This document shows positions 9,869-20,128 of a stretch of 64,000 nucleotides of DNA, one piece after another. The DNA is from Candidatus Poribacteria bacterium (lineage in GTDB: Bacteria > Poribacteria > WGA-4E > WGA-3G). Where the stretch lies: NCBI GenBank assembly GCA_963663765.2, contig CAXXUA010000005.1, positions 1,152,001 to 1,216,000 of the forward strand. Reading direction: 5' to 3'. The notes beneath the pieces are model-generated. The model had not been told where the DNA came from. It worked only from the letters and a program-made list of their open reading frames with translations, and did no database searches. The position numbers and the translations under genes are program-made. Within the stretch, counting starts at the first letter, position 1, and every line of letters starts with the position of its first letter.

Positions 9869-10630
9869 ATGCGATTGAAAAACAAAGTTGTACTAATTGG
9901 TGGTGCAGGTTCAAACATGAGTCGCGCAACAGCACTGCTTTTTGCACAAGAGGGAGCGAAGGTAGTACTCGCCGCACGCACAACAGAAAAGATGGAAGAA
10001 ACGGCAGAACGGATTCGTTCAAACGACAGAGTTGTACTCACTCATCAAACAGATTTAGCGAATGTCGTTCAAGTGGATTCACTTATTGATGCTGTAGTTT
10101 CTGAGTTTGGTGGTGTTGACTGTTTTATCCATGCTGCAGGCGGTTTTTTCTCAACGGAACACGATATAACCACTATGGAATCGGCGTATTGGGATGGTGC
10201 ATTGCAAAACAACTTGCAAACACTCTTCAATCCTGTTCGCAGGCTCATACCGATTTTGGATAAACGCGGAGGTGGATGTATGATCACTATTTCCGCTGGT
10301 GCACGCGTCCGACAAGATGCAAACGCTGCTTATGCTGCAGCAAAAGCAGGAATGGTTGCAACAGCAAAAAACCTCGCAAAAGAACTTTATGATAAAAATA
10401 TACGTGTTCATGCCTTGTGTCCAGGCATAATCTGGGAACCGCTACCTGAAGGAGAAATCGCACCAGTAACAACACAGTTAGAACGCCTGGGCAATCCAAT
10501 TGATGTCGCATACGCAGCTCTCTGGCTCTGCTCCGACGAAGCCGCATGGGTTACAGGATTAGAATTGACAATTGATGGTGGAGATTCACTGTTTATTGAC
10601 TCACCAATTCGACGGGAGGTACTTTCGTAG
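9869..10630 (+). CDS. Short-chain dehydrogenase/reductase
   Basis: N-terminal Rossmann motif, YAAAK catalytic motif, CPG, VTG..L.IDGG. Confidence 0.92.
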   Translation: MRLKNKVVLIGGAGSNMSRATALLFAQEGAKVVLAARTTEKMEETAERIRSNDRVVLTHQTDLANVVQVDSLIDAVVSEFGGVDCFIHAAGGFFSTEHDITTMESAYWDGALQNNLQTLFNPVRRLIPILDKRGGGCMITISAGARVRQDANAAYAAAKAGMVATAKNLAKELYDKNIRVHALCPGIIWEPLPEGEIAPVTTQLERLGNPIDVAYAALWLCSDEAAWVTGLELTIDGGDSLFIDSPIRREVLS

Positions 10631-10754
10631 GAGGTTATTGATCTGTTCTTATCCTTTCAGATGCCATTTTTACATAGTTGTTGCACATACCATAGCGAAT
10701 TTTTTCTCACCATAAGCCTTCCCAACAATAGGGAATTGGGGGTTGTGCAACCGC

Positions 10755-10792
10755 TGAATTGACACTCGGGGAATGCCTAAATGGCATTCCCC
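10755..10792 (+). mobile_element. Hairpin micro-element (variant leader) inserted in a REP
   Basis: TGAATTGACACTCGGGGAATGCCTAAATGGCATTCCCC lies between AACCGC and GTCTACC. Confidence 0.5.
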
Positions 10793-10861
10793 GTCTACCG
10801 TGGCTGGATTAGTAGAATTACCCAAAGTATTTTTTAATCTTCATCATTATTTGTTAGATAT

Positions 10862-11346
10862 ACGAGTTGTGCTAAATAACTATATGTTAATCATTGTTTC
10901 ACATAAGCATGGCGTTTTGCAGGTGTCCTTCATAGTTTGAAACGATCTTCAGTCCCGTAGGGACGATATGTTTATAGAAAAACGTCATAGTACATCCTCT
11001 TTAGTCCCGTAGGGACGATATGTTTATAGAAAAACGTCATAGTACATCCTCTTTAGTCCCGTAGGGACGATATGTTTATAGAAAAACGTCATAGTACATC
11101 CTCTTTAGTCCCGTAGGGACGATATGTTTATAGAAAAACGTCATAGTACATCCTCTTTAGTCCCGTAGGGACGATATGTTTATAGAAAAACGTCATAGTA
11201 CATCCTCTTTAGTCCCGTAGGGACGATATGTTTATAGAAAAACGTCATAGTACATCCTCTTTAGTCCCGTAGGGACGATATGTGTGCATTATAAACCTAA
11301 TATATGTAAAAACTTTGAAAACAATGGGTTAACTGGCACAAGTCGT
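10862..11346. mobile_element. MITE family A (ACGACTTGTG-type TIRs) carrying a 52-bp tandem array
   Basis: TIRs ACGAGTTGTGCTAAATAAC / GTTAACTGGCACAAGTCGT; 7-bp direct repeat TAGATAT on both sides. Confidence 0.85.
10948..11283. repeat. Tandem array of 52-bp units (6 full, 1 partial) with GTCCCGTAGGGAC hairpin core
   Basis: Unit AGTCCCGTAGGGACGATATGTTTATAGAAAAACGTCATAGTACATCCTCTTT at 10951, 11003, 11055, 11107, 11159, 11211 and partial 11263. Confidence 0.95.
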
Positions 11347-11373
11347 TAGATATGGTATAACATGCAGAATTAT

Positions 11374-11400
11374 GCAACCGTTTTCCTCCTAAGTCGCGTC
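11374..11400 (+). promoter_or_regulatory. Possible ECF-type promoter (autoregulation)
   Basis: GCAACC ... CGTC upstream of the ECF gene; spacing slightly long. Confidence 0.3.
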
Positions 11401-11440
11401 ACTAGAAATCAAATAATAAAGTTGAACCTACACTTTCTGG

Positions 11441-14400
11441 ATGTACCAGATGAAAAACAACGATGTTAAACTAATCCAACAGGTTCTTGCTGGCGATGAG
11501 TCTGCTTTCGCTGAAATTGTGAAAAAATATCAAAAGCCAGTGCACGTATTAGCATGGCGAAAAGTTGGGGATTTCCACATCGCTGAAGAGATTACACAGG
11601 ACACCTTCCTGAAAGTGTATCAAAGACTTCATACCCTGAAAGACCCGAACCAGTTTTCTGGATGGCTCTACGTCATTGCGACGCGCCGATGCTACGCTTG
11701 GTTACGTAAGAAACGGATACGGACACAACCGTTGGAGGACTCAGAAACAACTATGGAACAAAGAGATGTTTATTCCCAACATGTTATAGACGAACGGAAA
11801 AACAGTGCAGCCGAAGCTCAACGTGAAGTCGTCAAAATCCTGCTCGCGAAGTTGAAGGAGAGTGAACGCACGGTGATGACACTTCACTATCTCGGAGAGA
11901 TGACAGTCGGTGAGATTAGCAAATTCTTAGGTGTTTCTGCAGGAACAATAAAGAGTCGACTCCAACGTGCGCGGCATCGTCTACAAAAGGAGGAAACGAT
12001 GATTAGAGAAGCTCTTGACCATTTCCAAATTTCACCCAACTTAACCGATAACATTATGCAAGAGATTTCGCGTCTTAAACCCTCACCATCAGCAAGCAAA
12101 CCTTTGGTGCCATGGATAGCCGCTGCTTCAAGTATAGTATTGATTGTGTTAATGCTTGGAATTGGTAGTCAATACTTAGCACGTTTTCAACAACCTTATT
12201 CATTAGATGCGCCGACAGAGATGACAGTCGAACTCGTTGACACTCCTATTGTACTAAATGTTGAGGCGAAATTAGATGTTCAAAATAGACTTGGGAATCC
12301 AAATATAGTTGGTAAGAGTGATAATAGCGGTCAGAAACCGGATGAAGTATTATTAACTGCCATACAGACAGAAGGAAAAGACGAGCTATCCGTTCCCAAA
12401 CAGCAGTGGATTCAGACCAATCCCATCAAGGGAACTTTTGTGGAAAGCTTATTCGCTACACCAGAAGGTGAACTCTACACTTATGCAAATGGACACATAT
12501 ACAGATTGCATCCTGATGAAACAAAATGGCAACACGTCTACGATTTTAGTCAACTCATTGATATTTGGAATGTTAACCATCCACTTCTGGGAAAGTGGGA
12601 CAATACCCTTTATATTGTATTAAATAATAAACTGTATGCTTCAAATGATGCAGGAAAAACCTGGAATATAATTCACTCATGGAGAGAAGATATGCTATAC
12701 GGTTATAAGCAAGAGTTTTTTCTTTCTGAAAAAGTGTTTTACCTTCCTTTTTCAAATGGTGTGATGCGTTCTTATGACCGAGGAAAGACATGGACAGATG
12801 TAAGCGATGAGGAGCCAGGATTACCCAACTCTTTCATAACTATACAAAATACGGTATTCGCTTTAATGGATTCCAATCTCTATCGCATGAACGGAGTTAA
12901 CTGGCATCAATTAGAAGTACCAGAAAAAGCAAGCATCGTTTCAGCTACAGGAACTAAAGATCGTCTTTATGTGATAGCAGTAAAAATGAACGATAATTTT
13001 ATTCCTGATCTTGAAATAATATCAAAGTCAAAAACACGCTCTTGGTGGATTTTTCGATCAACTGACTTAGGAGATTCGTGGACAGATATTACACCGACAA
13101 ACGCTTGGTCTTTAAATGGATTCCCACCTGGTAAGATTGTCGCTGCTGGGGATACGCTCTTGGTCATGGAACGCGGAATGGTACGCTCTACTGATGGTGG
13201 AGACACATGGATGCCTCCACAATTACCCGGTACTTCTCCCTCAATACAGTTTTCTAATCCCAAAACTGTGGCATTGAACGAAGATATCTTTTATGTTAAT
13301 AGTTGGGAAGATGGACTCACTCGTACCACGGATGGCGGCAAAACATGGGAAGGAGTCAACATCGCTCCAGATCGAGAAATGGATGCTGTCCTGAATCTCA
13401 CCGTTGGTAAAATAGGAGAAAAAAGAAACAATATACCGTCTACCCTCTACGCGCGAGTCTATACAAGAGAGTTGACAGAAATCGTTAAAACGATAGACGA
13501 AGGAAAATCTTGGCATGTTGTTCAAGTAGAAATACCCATAACAGACCCATACAGAGTGCCACCTCCAAATATGAACCAAATTGTTAAGTCTGATGGTGTT
13601 GTTTATGCAAAAGGTCAAGGGGGAGATAGCAAAAGAGAAGTACGTATATACCGTGTAGCTCAAGGTAGTAATACGTTAGAACCGATTCATACTATGCCGA
13701 CTTTTGATGACATGCATTTACGGCGACTGTTACGTATAGGAATGGCTTCAAGAGGATCGGATAAGTCCTACACTGAACAGTTACAGAAAAGTTCTCCAGG
13801 GGCAACTCAGTTCTTTAAACAGTTAGTACAGATGGGACAAAAAGATGAAGTCCAATTAGAGACATTTCTTCAATACGGATCTCAAGGTTCTTTTGACGTT
13901 AGTAACGACACATTCTATATGGAATACAACTTTAAACTCTTCCGTTGGAAACAAGGTGAACCTGCATGGTTTGACACAGGACTGGAAGAAAACATGGAAT
14001 TAAATATGAATTTAGCAAGAATGCCTCTGAAACTCGCTACCTCAGGTGACACTGTCTATATAGGAAAACGCAATGGACACCTATTTGTATCGTTAGATAG
14101 AGGAAACAATTGGATTGATATTACCCCTACTCTGCCCTTTAATGTTATTTTTTTTAATGACATCGTTGTAGCAGGAACAACCGTATGTGTTGCTACGGAT
14201 GGAGGTATCATTACATCAGATGACGGGAAAAACTGGGTAAGTGTGTATGATACAGAAGGGAAGGATCTTTCCATGGAACACTTGACAGTTGATGGCACAT
14301 CATTCTATGGTGTTTCGAAAGATATAGGTATTTATCGTCTAGATAATGGAACTTGGAATCAGATTGTGTCAGAGATACCAGAAAACATAACATCTTTTGC

Positions 14401-14470
14401 AGTTGATGGGAATACCATATATGTTGGCACACAAGATCATGGTATGCTGCACTATAATCTTGAAGAGTAG
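11441..14470 (+). CDS. ECF sigma factor fused via a TM helix to an extracytoplasmic BNR/Asp-box beta-propeller region
   Basis: Sigma2 AEEITQDTFL..FSGWL, sigma4 EISKFLGVSAGTIKSRLQRAR, TM at about aa 222-242, many S/T-x-D-x-G-x-T/S-W repeats; start may be 11450. Confidence 0.9.
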   Translation: MYQMKNNDVKLIQQVLAGDESAFAEIVKKYQKPVHVLAWRKVGDFHIAEEITQDTFLKVYQRLHTLKDPNQFSGWLYVIATRRCYAWLRKKRIRTQPLEDSETTMEQRDVYSQHVIDERKNSAAEAQREVVKILLAKLKESERTVMTLHYLGEMTVGEISKFLGVSAGTIKSRLQRARHRLQKEETMIREALDHFQISPNLTDNIMQEISRLKPSPSASKPLVPWIAAASSIVLIVLMLGIGSQYLARFQQPYSLDAPTEMTVELVDTPIVLNVEAKLDVQNRLGNPNIVGKSDNSGQKPDEVLLTAIQTEGKDELSVPKQQWIQTNPIKGTFVESLFATPEGELYTYANGHIYRLHPDETKWQHVYDFSQLIDIWNVNHPLLGKWDNTLYIVLNNKLYASNDAGKTWNIIHSWREDMLYGYKQEFFLSEKVFYLPFSNGVMRSYDRGKTWTDVSDEEPGLPNSFITIQNTVFALMDSNLYRMNGVNWHQLEVPEKASIVSATGTKDRLYVIAVKMNDNFIPDLEIISKSKTRSWWIFRSTDLGDSWTDITPTNAWSLNGFPPGKIVAAGDTLLVMERGMVRSTDGGDTWMPPQLPGTSPSIQFSNPKTVALNEDIFYVNSWEDGLTRTTDGGKTWEGVNIAPDREMDAVLNLTVGKIGEKRNNIPSTLYARVYTRELTEIVKTIDEGKSWHVVQVEIPITDPYRVPPPNMNQIVKSDGVVYAKGQGGDSKREVRIYRVAQGSNTLEPIHTMPTFDDMHLRRLLRIGMASRGSDKSYTEQLQKSSPGATQFFKQLVQMGQKDEVQLETFLQYGSQGSFDVSNDTFYMEYNFKLFRWKQGEPAWFDTGLEENMELNMNLARMPLKLATSGDTVYIGKRNGHLFVSLDRGNNWIDITPTLPFNVIFFNDIVVAGTTVCVATDGGIITSDDGKNWVSVYDTEGKDLSMEHLTVDGTSFYGVSKDIGIYRLDNGTWNQIVSEIPENITSFAVDGNTIYVGTQDHGMLHYNLEE

Positions 14471-16380
14471 TGCGTCTTACGTGGTGGTATAAAAAACATC
14501 TCATCAGTGGTGGGGGAAACTATAAATTCGTGATTACAGAAAAGGCAATATTTCTTCTTGATGAAACAAGTGGTATTTATCAGTCTAAAGATGCTGGTAA
14601 GTCATGGAATGAAATTTCACCTGAAACACCTGATATTTGGTTTCGTCCACGACACTTGGTTTCTATAAGTAATATACTGGTCGTAAGTAACAGTGGCGGA
14701 TTGCACCCAGGACTCTACCGTTTCATCAATAACAAGTGGGAACTCTTGCAACTTCCAGTAACAGTAGAGGTGAGTTCTATTCGATCAATAGCTGCAACTG
14801 AGAACTATCTCTATGTCATGGTTGTGAAAAAGTCAGGTTCTGCAGATCAAAATATGAATAAACAGATGCAACAGAAACAGGAACGTTCTTGGTGGATATT
14901 CCGATCAACAGACATTGGGGAATCTTGGAAAGACATAACGCCTACAGATGCCTGGTCCCTCTTAGGGACTCCACCCTGGTTAACTTTAGTAGCTGCAAAA
15001 GAGACGGTATTAGCAATCGGAAATCAGGATGTATCGGTAGCACGTTCAACAGACACGGGTAACACGTGGACATACCAAAGAAAATCTGGTATATCACTGA
15101 CAAGTAGCAGAGAATTCGCGTCTGTATGGAATGCTGTGGCATTGAATGATAATACGTTCTATGTTGGTGGAACCAGTGGGATTCATCGTTCCATTGATGG
15201 TGGTAAAACATGGCACCGGTTCAATTCCGGATTGAGTAGGTGGGTTGATAAACTCTACGCATTTAGGGGAAAACATAAAAACGTAAATAATACACCTCCT
15301 CTGCTCTATTCAATAGTAGAAGAAAATCTAAGAGCAGGTGATTTGGTTTTTTCTAAAGATGGCGGAAAATCTTGGTTGATTGTTGAGGTATTATCACAAA
15401 TCGAAGAATCCAACAGCGAGCATACAAATAAAAAAACTGTTTTACCACGAATTCAATCGTTACAAGCATCAGACGGTGTTCTTTATGCCAAAGGTGAAAC
15501 CTATTGGAAAAGTTATGAAACACGCATATATCGCATATCAGAAAATGGTGATACACTAATCCCAATTGAGGGCATGCCAGTCTTTAAGTCTCTATTGTTC
15601 CACAACGAACTAAGAAAAATACAAAATAGCTACGCGAATTCATCCATTAAATATCCACCTGATAGGATTATTATTGAAAAATTACAGAATACTTTTGTAG
15701 GTTCATCAGAGTTTATGAAAGCAGCAGCTAAGTCTCCTGGATCAGAAATACTCCAACGAGGGATGCAGGGTGCATTTGCTGTTAGTGGTGATAGCTTCTT
15801 CATGGAATACAACTATAAACTTTTTCGCTGGAAACTTGGAGAAAATGAATGGTATGATACTGGTGTAGAAGTAAATTTTGATCTCACGACCAAAAAGAAA
15901 AATATAGATCTTGAAATTGCAATTTCCGGTGATACTGTCTATGTCGGAACGCGAGACGGAAATCTACTCCAATCAATTGATGGTGGAGATACATGGAAGG
16001 ATATTACACCAAAACTTATTAGTAACCTGAAACTGAAAAATCCTGACCTAAAACCCATTCGGGATATTATCTTTTATGGTTCCAAGGTTTACGTTGAAAC
16101 ACGTGAAGGGGTTATCACGTCAGACGATGGTAAAAATTGGTATTTCATAAATAATGAAGGTGGAAAACCCGTCTTTATGACATCTCTTGTTACTAATAAC
16201 GCTGCCCTATATGGTGTCTCCAGGAATAGTAATATCTATCAATTGGATCCTCATAGTGAAACATGGAAACAAGTCGCATCACAAACTCTGACACCGATAA
16301 ATTCGCTTGCAATTGATGGGAACTCTATATACGTAGGTACAAGCAGGAACGGTGTAATGCATTTCACACTTGAGGAATGA
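14470..16380 (+). CDS. Headless paralogue of the propeller region of the upstream ECF fusion
   Basis: Collinear motifs RSWWIFRSTD.G.SW.DITPT.AWSL, MEYN.KLFRWK.GE, IYVGT...LEE; no sigma, TM or signal peptide; GTG start overlaps the upstream stop. Confidence 0.8.
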   Translation: MRLTWWYKKHLISGGGNYKFVITEKAIFLLDETSGIYQSKDAGKSWNEISPETPDIWFRPRHLVSISNILVVSNSGGLHPGLYRFINNKWELLQLPVTVEVSSIRSIAATENYLYVMVVKKSGSADQNMNKQMQQKQERSWWIFRSTDIGESWKDITPTDAWSLLGTPPWLTLVAAKETVLAIGNQDVSVARSTDTGNTWTYQRKSGISLTSSREFASVWNAVALNDNTFYVGGTSGIHRSIDGGKTWHRFNSGLSRWVDKLYAFRGKHKNVNNTPPLLYSIVEENLRAGDLVFSKDGGKSWLIVEVLSQIEESNSEHTNKKTVLPRIQSLQASDGVLYAKGETYWKSYETRIYRISENGDTLIPIEGMPVFKSLLFHNELRKIQNSYANSSIKYPPDRIIIEKLQNTFVGSSEFMKAAAKSPGSEILQRGMQGAFAVSGDSFFMEYNYKLFRWKLGENEWYDTGVEVNFDLTTKKKNIDLEIAISGDTVYVGTRDGNLLQSIDGGDTWKDITPKLISNLKLKNPDLKPIRDIIFYGSKVYVETREGVITSDDGKNWYFINNEGGKPVFMTSLVTNNAALYGVSRNSNIYQLDPHSETWKQVASQTLTPINSLAIDGNSIYVGTSRNGVMHFTLEE

Positions 16381-16420
16381 CATCTCATAACTGAAAGGTG
16401 TTGAATGTTAACTATCTACT

Positions 16421-19400
16421 TTACAGTTCCGCACTCACCGTCATATCTAAACGGTGTTCAGGTTTGCGTTGTTTGGTTGACAACAAGCGATAGTTGAGTC
16501 GAAAAAGCAGATCAGTAAATTTGCGTAGTCTATAATCCGCAGTTGCACGTACTTCATGGCTAACACCCTCATAAAAATAGTATTGTGTGTATGGGATGCC
16601 TCCATCACGTTTGCCATATCCGAGAGTGTGGAGAGCATATATTCTGCCTTTACCCAATATACTATATGTGATACTATTTTCATAAGAGAAGGTGCGTGTC
16701 TTTGCATCATCTTCATCATCAAGACTTTCAATATCCGTTGTGCGTTTGTAACCCAAAGTACTGCCCCATCTTAAAGCACGATTCAGTTCATATTGTAGTC
16801 TTAATTCTGTCATCTGCTCAAATTGGCGAAGATCTGAAATTGGAGTTGGAGGAAAGTTGTTGGACTCTGTAGTTGTGTTTGCATTCAAATTATTGGAGTT
16901 GAGTTCTGGTAAGTTTAGTTGACTATACTTTTCAGTCTCTCGCCGATGTTCCCAGTTTGTCCCAACTGATAATTTCTGGGTAGGATTTACAGAGAATGCA
17001 ACCTCCCATGTTCGGTTATTTCTGTGTCTTTCCTGTGTGTTTATTCTACGATTAAGCGTTCGCCCCGTTCGCAAGTTGACTTCAAAGCTAAACAAGGGTG
17101 AAGGAGAAAACTCAATGCGATGATGCTGATTTACCCTACCAAAAAGTGTTTCTGAACCTTGAAGACTTTGAAGTAAATAGAGAGATAAAGCATCTTCTTC
17201 TTCCTGTTCTTCAGTCAGCCACAACCGCGTCTGGAATCTGATTCCGTTGAGAAACCATGTGGAGAGTTGTCTCCTTTCGGTAGGTTTGGTCATAGTACCG
17301 ATGTTTTCTCTTCTAAACCCGGTTGTAGATGAACTACTTTGATTTCGTGCGCGTCGGGCAAGGAATAAACGCGGTTGAATACGAAGCTTAAATGCAGCGT
17401 CAACTGCAGTTGTCGGTTTGTCGCCAACATTCTGATAAATCTTTATATATGTGCCCTCCTCTGGGTCTTCTACATAACGTAGGTCATCCAATCTGACATA
17501 ATACCCCTCACCGGGTTGGATTCTTTGTCCAGTTAGCGGATGAATGTCGGTGTATATTTCTCGTCGTTGTGTAGTGAGTTTTTTATCCAATTCATAAGTT
17601 ATTTCAGCATCTATTGCACGACCAAACGGTGTGAGTTGAAGTGTTGTGTCTGCCAACTGTGTTGTATTATCTATTCCAAGTTCAGAATGTGCTTTTACGA
17701 TACGGCGCGCGAGGTTAGTCCTGATATTCACCCAGTTTCCACGTTGGGAAAAAAGACCTATTTTCCAAGTTCGTGCGGTGGTCAATTGCATCCAATCCGA
17801 GATACCTAAAGTTTCTCCATCAAGTGTCAATAAAGGTTCTTTTTCATAGGCTCGTTCCAATTCGTAGCTTGTGTTGACAGATACCCATTTGAAGTCAACA
17901 AGGTTGATGCGTCCAGAGGTGTTACTGCGCCTTCTATTACGGGCTGCATAGAAATCATCAGTTGAAACGAATCTGTCATAAGTACCGACTAATTCAAATG
18001 GTGAAAGTAGGTAAGATAAACTACCTTCCTGTCTTGATTTTTTGTAATTTTCTTCTATCTGTGTTGTCTCCTCATCTACGTCTGGTAATAAATTTGATGT
18101 ACTTCGATAGTCATTCCATCGTAGATTTGGAAGTTTTCTGAGAATACTTGTTTTCTCAGATTGTTTTTGAATGGAACTGTTTTCCGCATGAATTGGTCTT
18201 CTAATATTGTCAATCTGATATTGCGTAGAAGGACGAAAAAGATTTTCTCCCTGGAGTGATTGTTGATTTCGAGTTGTAAATGTGTTGGTACGGGGTTTGA
18301 AATTTACACCCCAATTTAGATTATTTCGCCGTGTCGTTGATCCTTGTATTGGATCTTCAATAGTCCTACCACCACCTAAATCAAATTGCAACCACTGATA
18401 TGGTAGCAGTTTGAAATCAAGAATTAATGTTTGTTCATCTGATGCTTGTGAAAATATGTTCGTACCTAACAACAACGCATCCTCAAAACCTTCGGTTGTG
18501 TATTGCGAACTATAACGATCTCGGTTACGATTGTTACGTGACGCACCAACAGGTAAGAACTCCGCATCCATTGTTCGTATATCAAGGTTTCCAATGAGTT
18601 TAGGTCGCAGCTTATGTGTCCATGTAGGTATATCCCACCCTGAGTAGCCGATGAGTTTCCATGCTTGACTCGTGACTTTTCTGTCAACCGTAGAATAGGT
18701 ATTCTCGTCTATGGCACTAAATGCAATTTCACCATTTATCCAAGTCTTTTCTGATAAGTTTAGTTGGCTTTCCAATCCCCACACAGTATGTTTCTGAGGG
18801 GGTGCAAGGAGTATCCCATCCTCATCAGGATCAAGCGTGTTGATACGAAGTGCGTTTAAATCATCGTCACTCAGAAGAACTAATGCTTGTTCAGGATCGT
18901 CCAGATCTGCCTCCACTGCGTAAGATGCACCTAAAGACAACCATTGTCCAGGTAATTTAAAAACGCTGTTAATTCCATATAGATTTTGTTGATATGCTCT
19001 GTCTTCAGGTATATATTCAAAGTCAACACGGATGACATCGTTGCTTGTTATCAGATGCTTACTATTAAACTCAATAATTGGGTCTCCGTATTCTCTTATG
19101 ATGTAATCATTGTTTTCACCGCGCCGCATCTTTTCGCCGTTCAACCAGACAATCTCACTACCTGCTTTGACGATAACGAACTGACTACCGACATCAAGTC
19201 TATATTCGCTGCGTCCCTCCTGACCACGAATAACCTTGCTGGTGGATTGTCCTTTTGGCAACGCACTTGGGATAAAATGAAATCGTCCCCATTCAAAATC
19301 GCCTTCAACCTTGACTCCCTCAAGTGCGCGAGGGAAAAAGACGAATTCGGATGGACCTAATGAAGCGTCAAAATCACCTAATGTACCCGTTACATTTGGA

Positions 19401-20101
19401 TGCATGATGCGAATAAGTTTTTGGTTAATGTCCTGAATATCCTCGGTTATCCCCTCTGGTTGAATAGGTAGGTCTTGGTCAGAGAGCATTGCTAGTACCT
19501 GAATGTTATCTGATACATTTCCTTGCACATTGATACGGAACTCCTGATTTTGTGAGAGTGAACGTCCACTGCCTACAGTAATACCGTACGTGCGGCTACC
19601 TGAATATTCTAACTGTGACGATGGTGTTTGTTGACTTTCCAATTCTGTGGGTATATCAATTTTGGGAGTGGTATCTATTTGTGTGTCAAGAATTGATCCA
19701 AACAGCTCCCGTTTATATATCTTCTTGATAGAGAACGGTATTGCTCGGTATGAAATTGTCCATGTTAAGTCTTCGTGTAATTCAGCTGATGCTTCAAAAG
19801 TTATTTGTCCTGTGTCGTAATCTATCTGGTAGTCAATTCCACGAACAAGTTGTTTTCCATTGTGATCAATTACCTTTTCGCTATTTAAGAAAACGGGTGG
19901 TGTTTTTACCGTATATACCGTTGCCCCAGAATCCCATTGAAAGAACTCTGTCTTATCTATTGCTGAAAAGATTGGTAGATTGATGGGAGGAGTCTGTTTT
20001 TGATGTTCAGTCTGTGCAACTGCATGAGGCAATAAACACATAAAAAATAGAAGTCTGGTAAGTAGTAAATCAACACGTCTTTCCATCCTTCTGCCATCCA
20101 T
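16421..20101 (-). CDS. Large exported protein, probably an outer-membrane beta-barrel (SprA-like N-terminal motifs)
   Basis: Signal peptide; GIDYQIDYDTGQITF, RRGENNDYII and LSDQDLPIQPEG motifs; alternating beta-strand C-terminus. Confidence 0.7.
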   Translation of the reverse strand: MDGRRMERRVDLLLTRLLFFMCLLPHAVAQTEHQKQTPPINLPIFSAIDKTEFFQWDSGATVYTVKTPPVFLNSEKVIDHNGKQLVRGIDYQIDYDTGQITFEASAELHEDLTWTISYRAIPFSIKKIYKRELFGSILDTQIDTTPKIDIPTELESQQTPSSQLEYSGSRTYGITVGSGRSLSQNQEFRINVQGNVSDNIQVLAMLSDQDLPIQPEGITEDIQDINQKLIRIMHPNVTGTLGDFDASLGPSEFVFFPRALEGVKVEGDFEWGRFHFIPSALPKGQSTSKVIRGQEGRSEYRLDVGSQFVIVKAGSEIVWLNGEKMRRGENNDYIIREYGDPIIEFNSKHLITSNDVIRVDFEYIPEDRAYQQNLYGINSVFKLPGQWLSLGASYAVEADLDDPEQALVLLSDDDLNALRINTLDPDEDGILLAPPQKHTVWGLESQLNLSEKTWINGEIAFSAIDENTYSTVDRKVTSQAWKLIGYSGWDIPTWTHKLRPKLIGNLDIRTMDAEFLPVGASRNNRNRDRYSSQYTTEGFEDALLLGTNIFSQASDEQTLILDFKLLPYQWLQFDLGGGRTIEDPIQGSTTRRNNLNWGVNFKPRTNTFTTRNQQSLQGENLFRPSTQYQIDNIRRPIHAENSSIQKQSEKTSILRKLPNLRWNDYRSTSNLLPDVDEETTQIEENYKKSRQEGSLSYLLSPFELVGTYDRFVSTDDFYAARNRRRSNTSGRINLVDFKWVSVNTSYELERAYEKEPLLTLDGETLGISDWMQLTTARTWKIGLFSQRGNWVNIRTNLARRIVKAHSELGIDNTTQLADTTLQLTPFGRAIDAEITYELDKKLTTQRREIYTDIHPLTGQRIQPGEGYYVRLDDLRYVEDPEEGTYIKIYQNVGDKPTTAVDAAFKLRIQPRLFLARRARNQSSSSTTGFRRENIGTMTKPTERRQLSTWFLNGIRFQTRLWLTEEQEEEDALSLYLLQSLQGSETLFGRVNQHHRIEFSPSPLFSFEVNLRTGRTLNRRINTQERHRNNRTWEVAFSVNPTQKLSVGTNWEHRRETEKYSQLNLPELNSNNLNANTTTESNNFPPTPISDLRQFEQMTELRLQYELNRALRWGSTLGYKRTTDIESLDDEDDAKTRTFSYENSITYSILGKGRIYALHTLGYGKRDGGIPYTQYYFYEGVSHEVRATADYRLRKFTDLLFRLNYRLLSTKQRKPEHRLDMTVSAEL

Positions 20102-20128
20102 ACTATTAAGTATCCATCTCTTTTATAC

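Noticed and set aside
10948-11283. CRISPR array (also 41501-41880)
   Set aside because: Intervening sequences are identical within each array and only 18-19 nt; inverted copies occur; arrays sit inside MITEs; no cas genes in the window.
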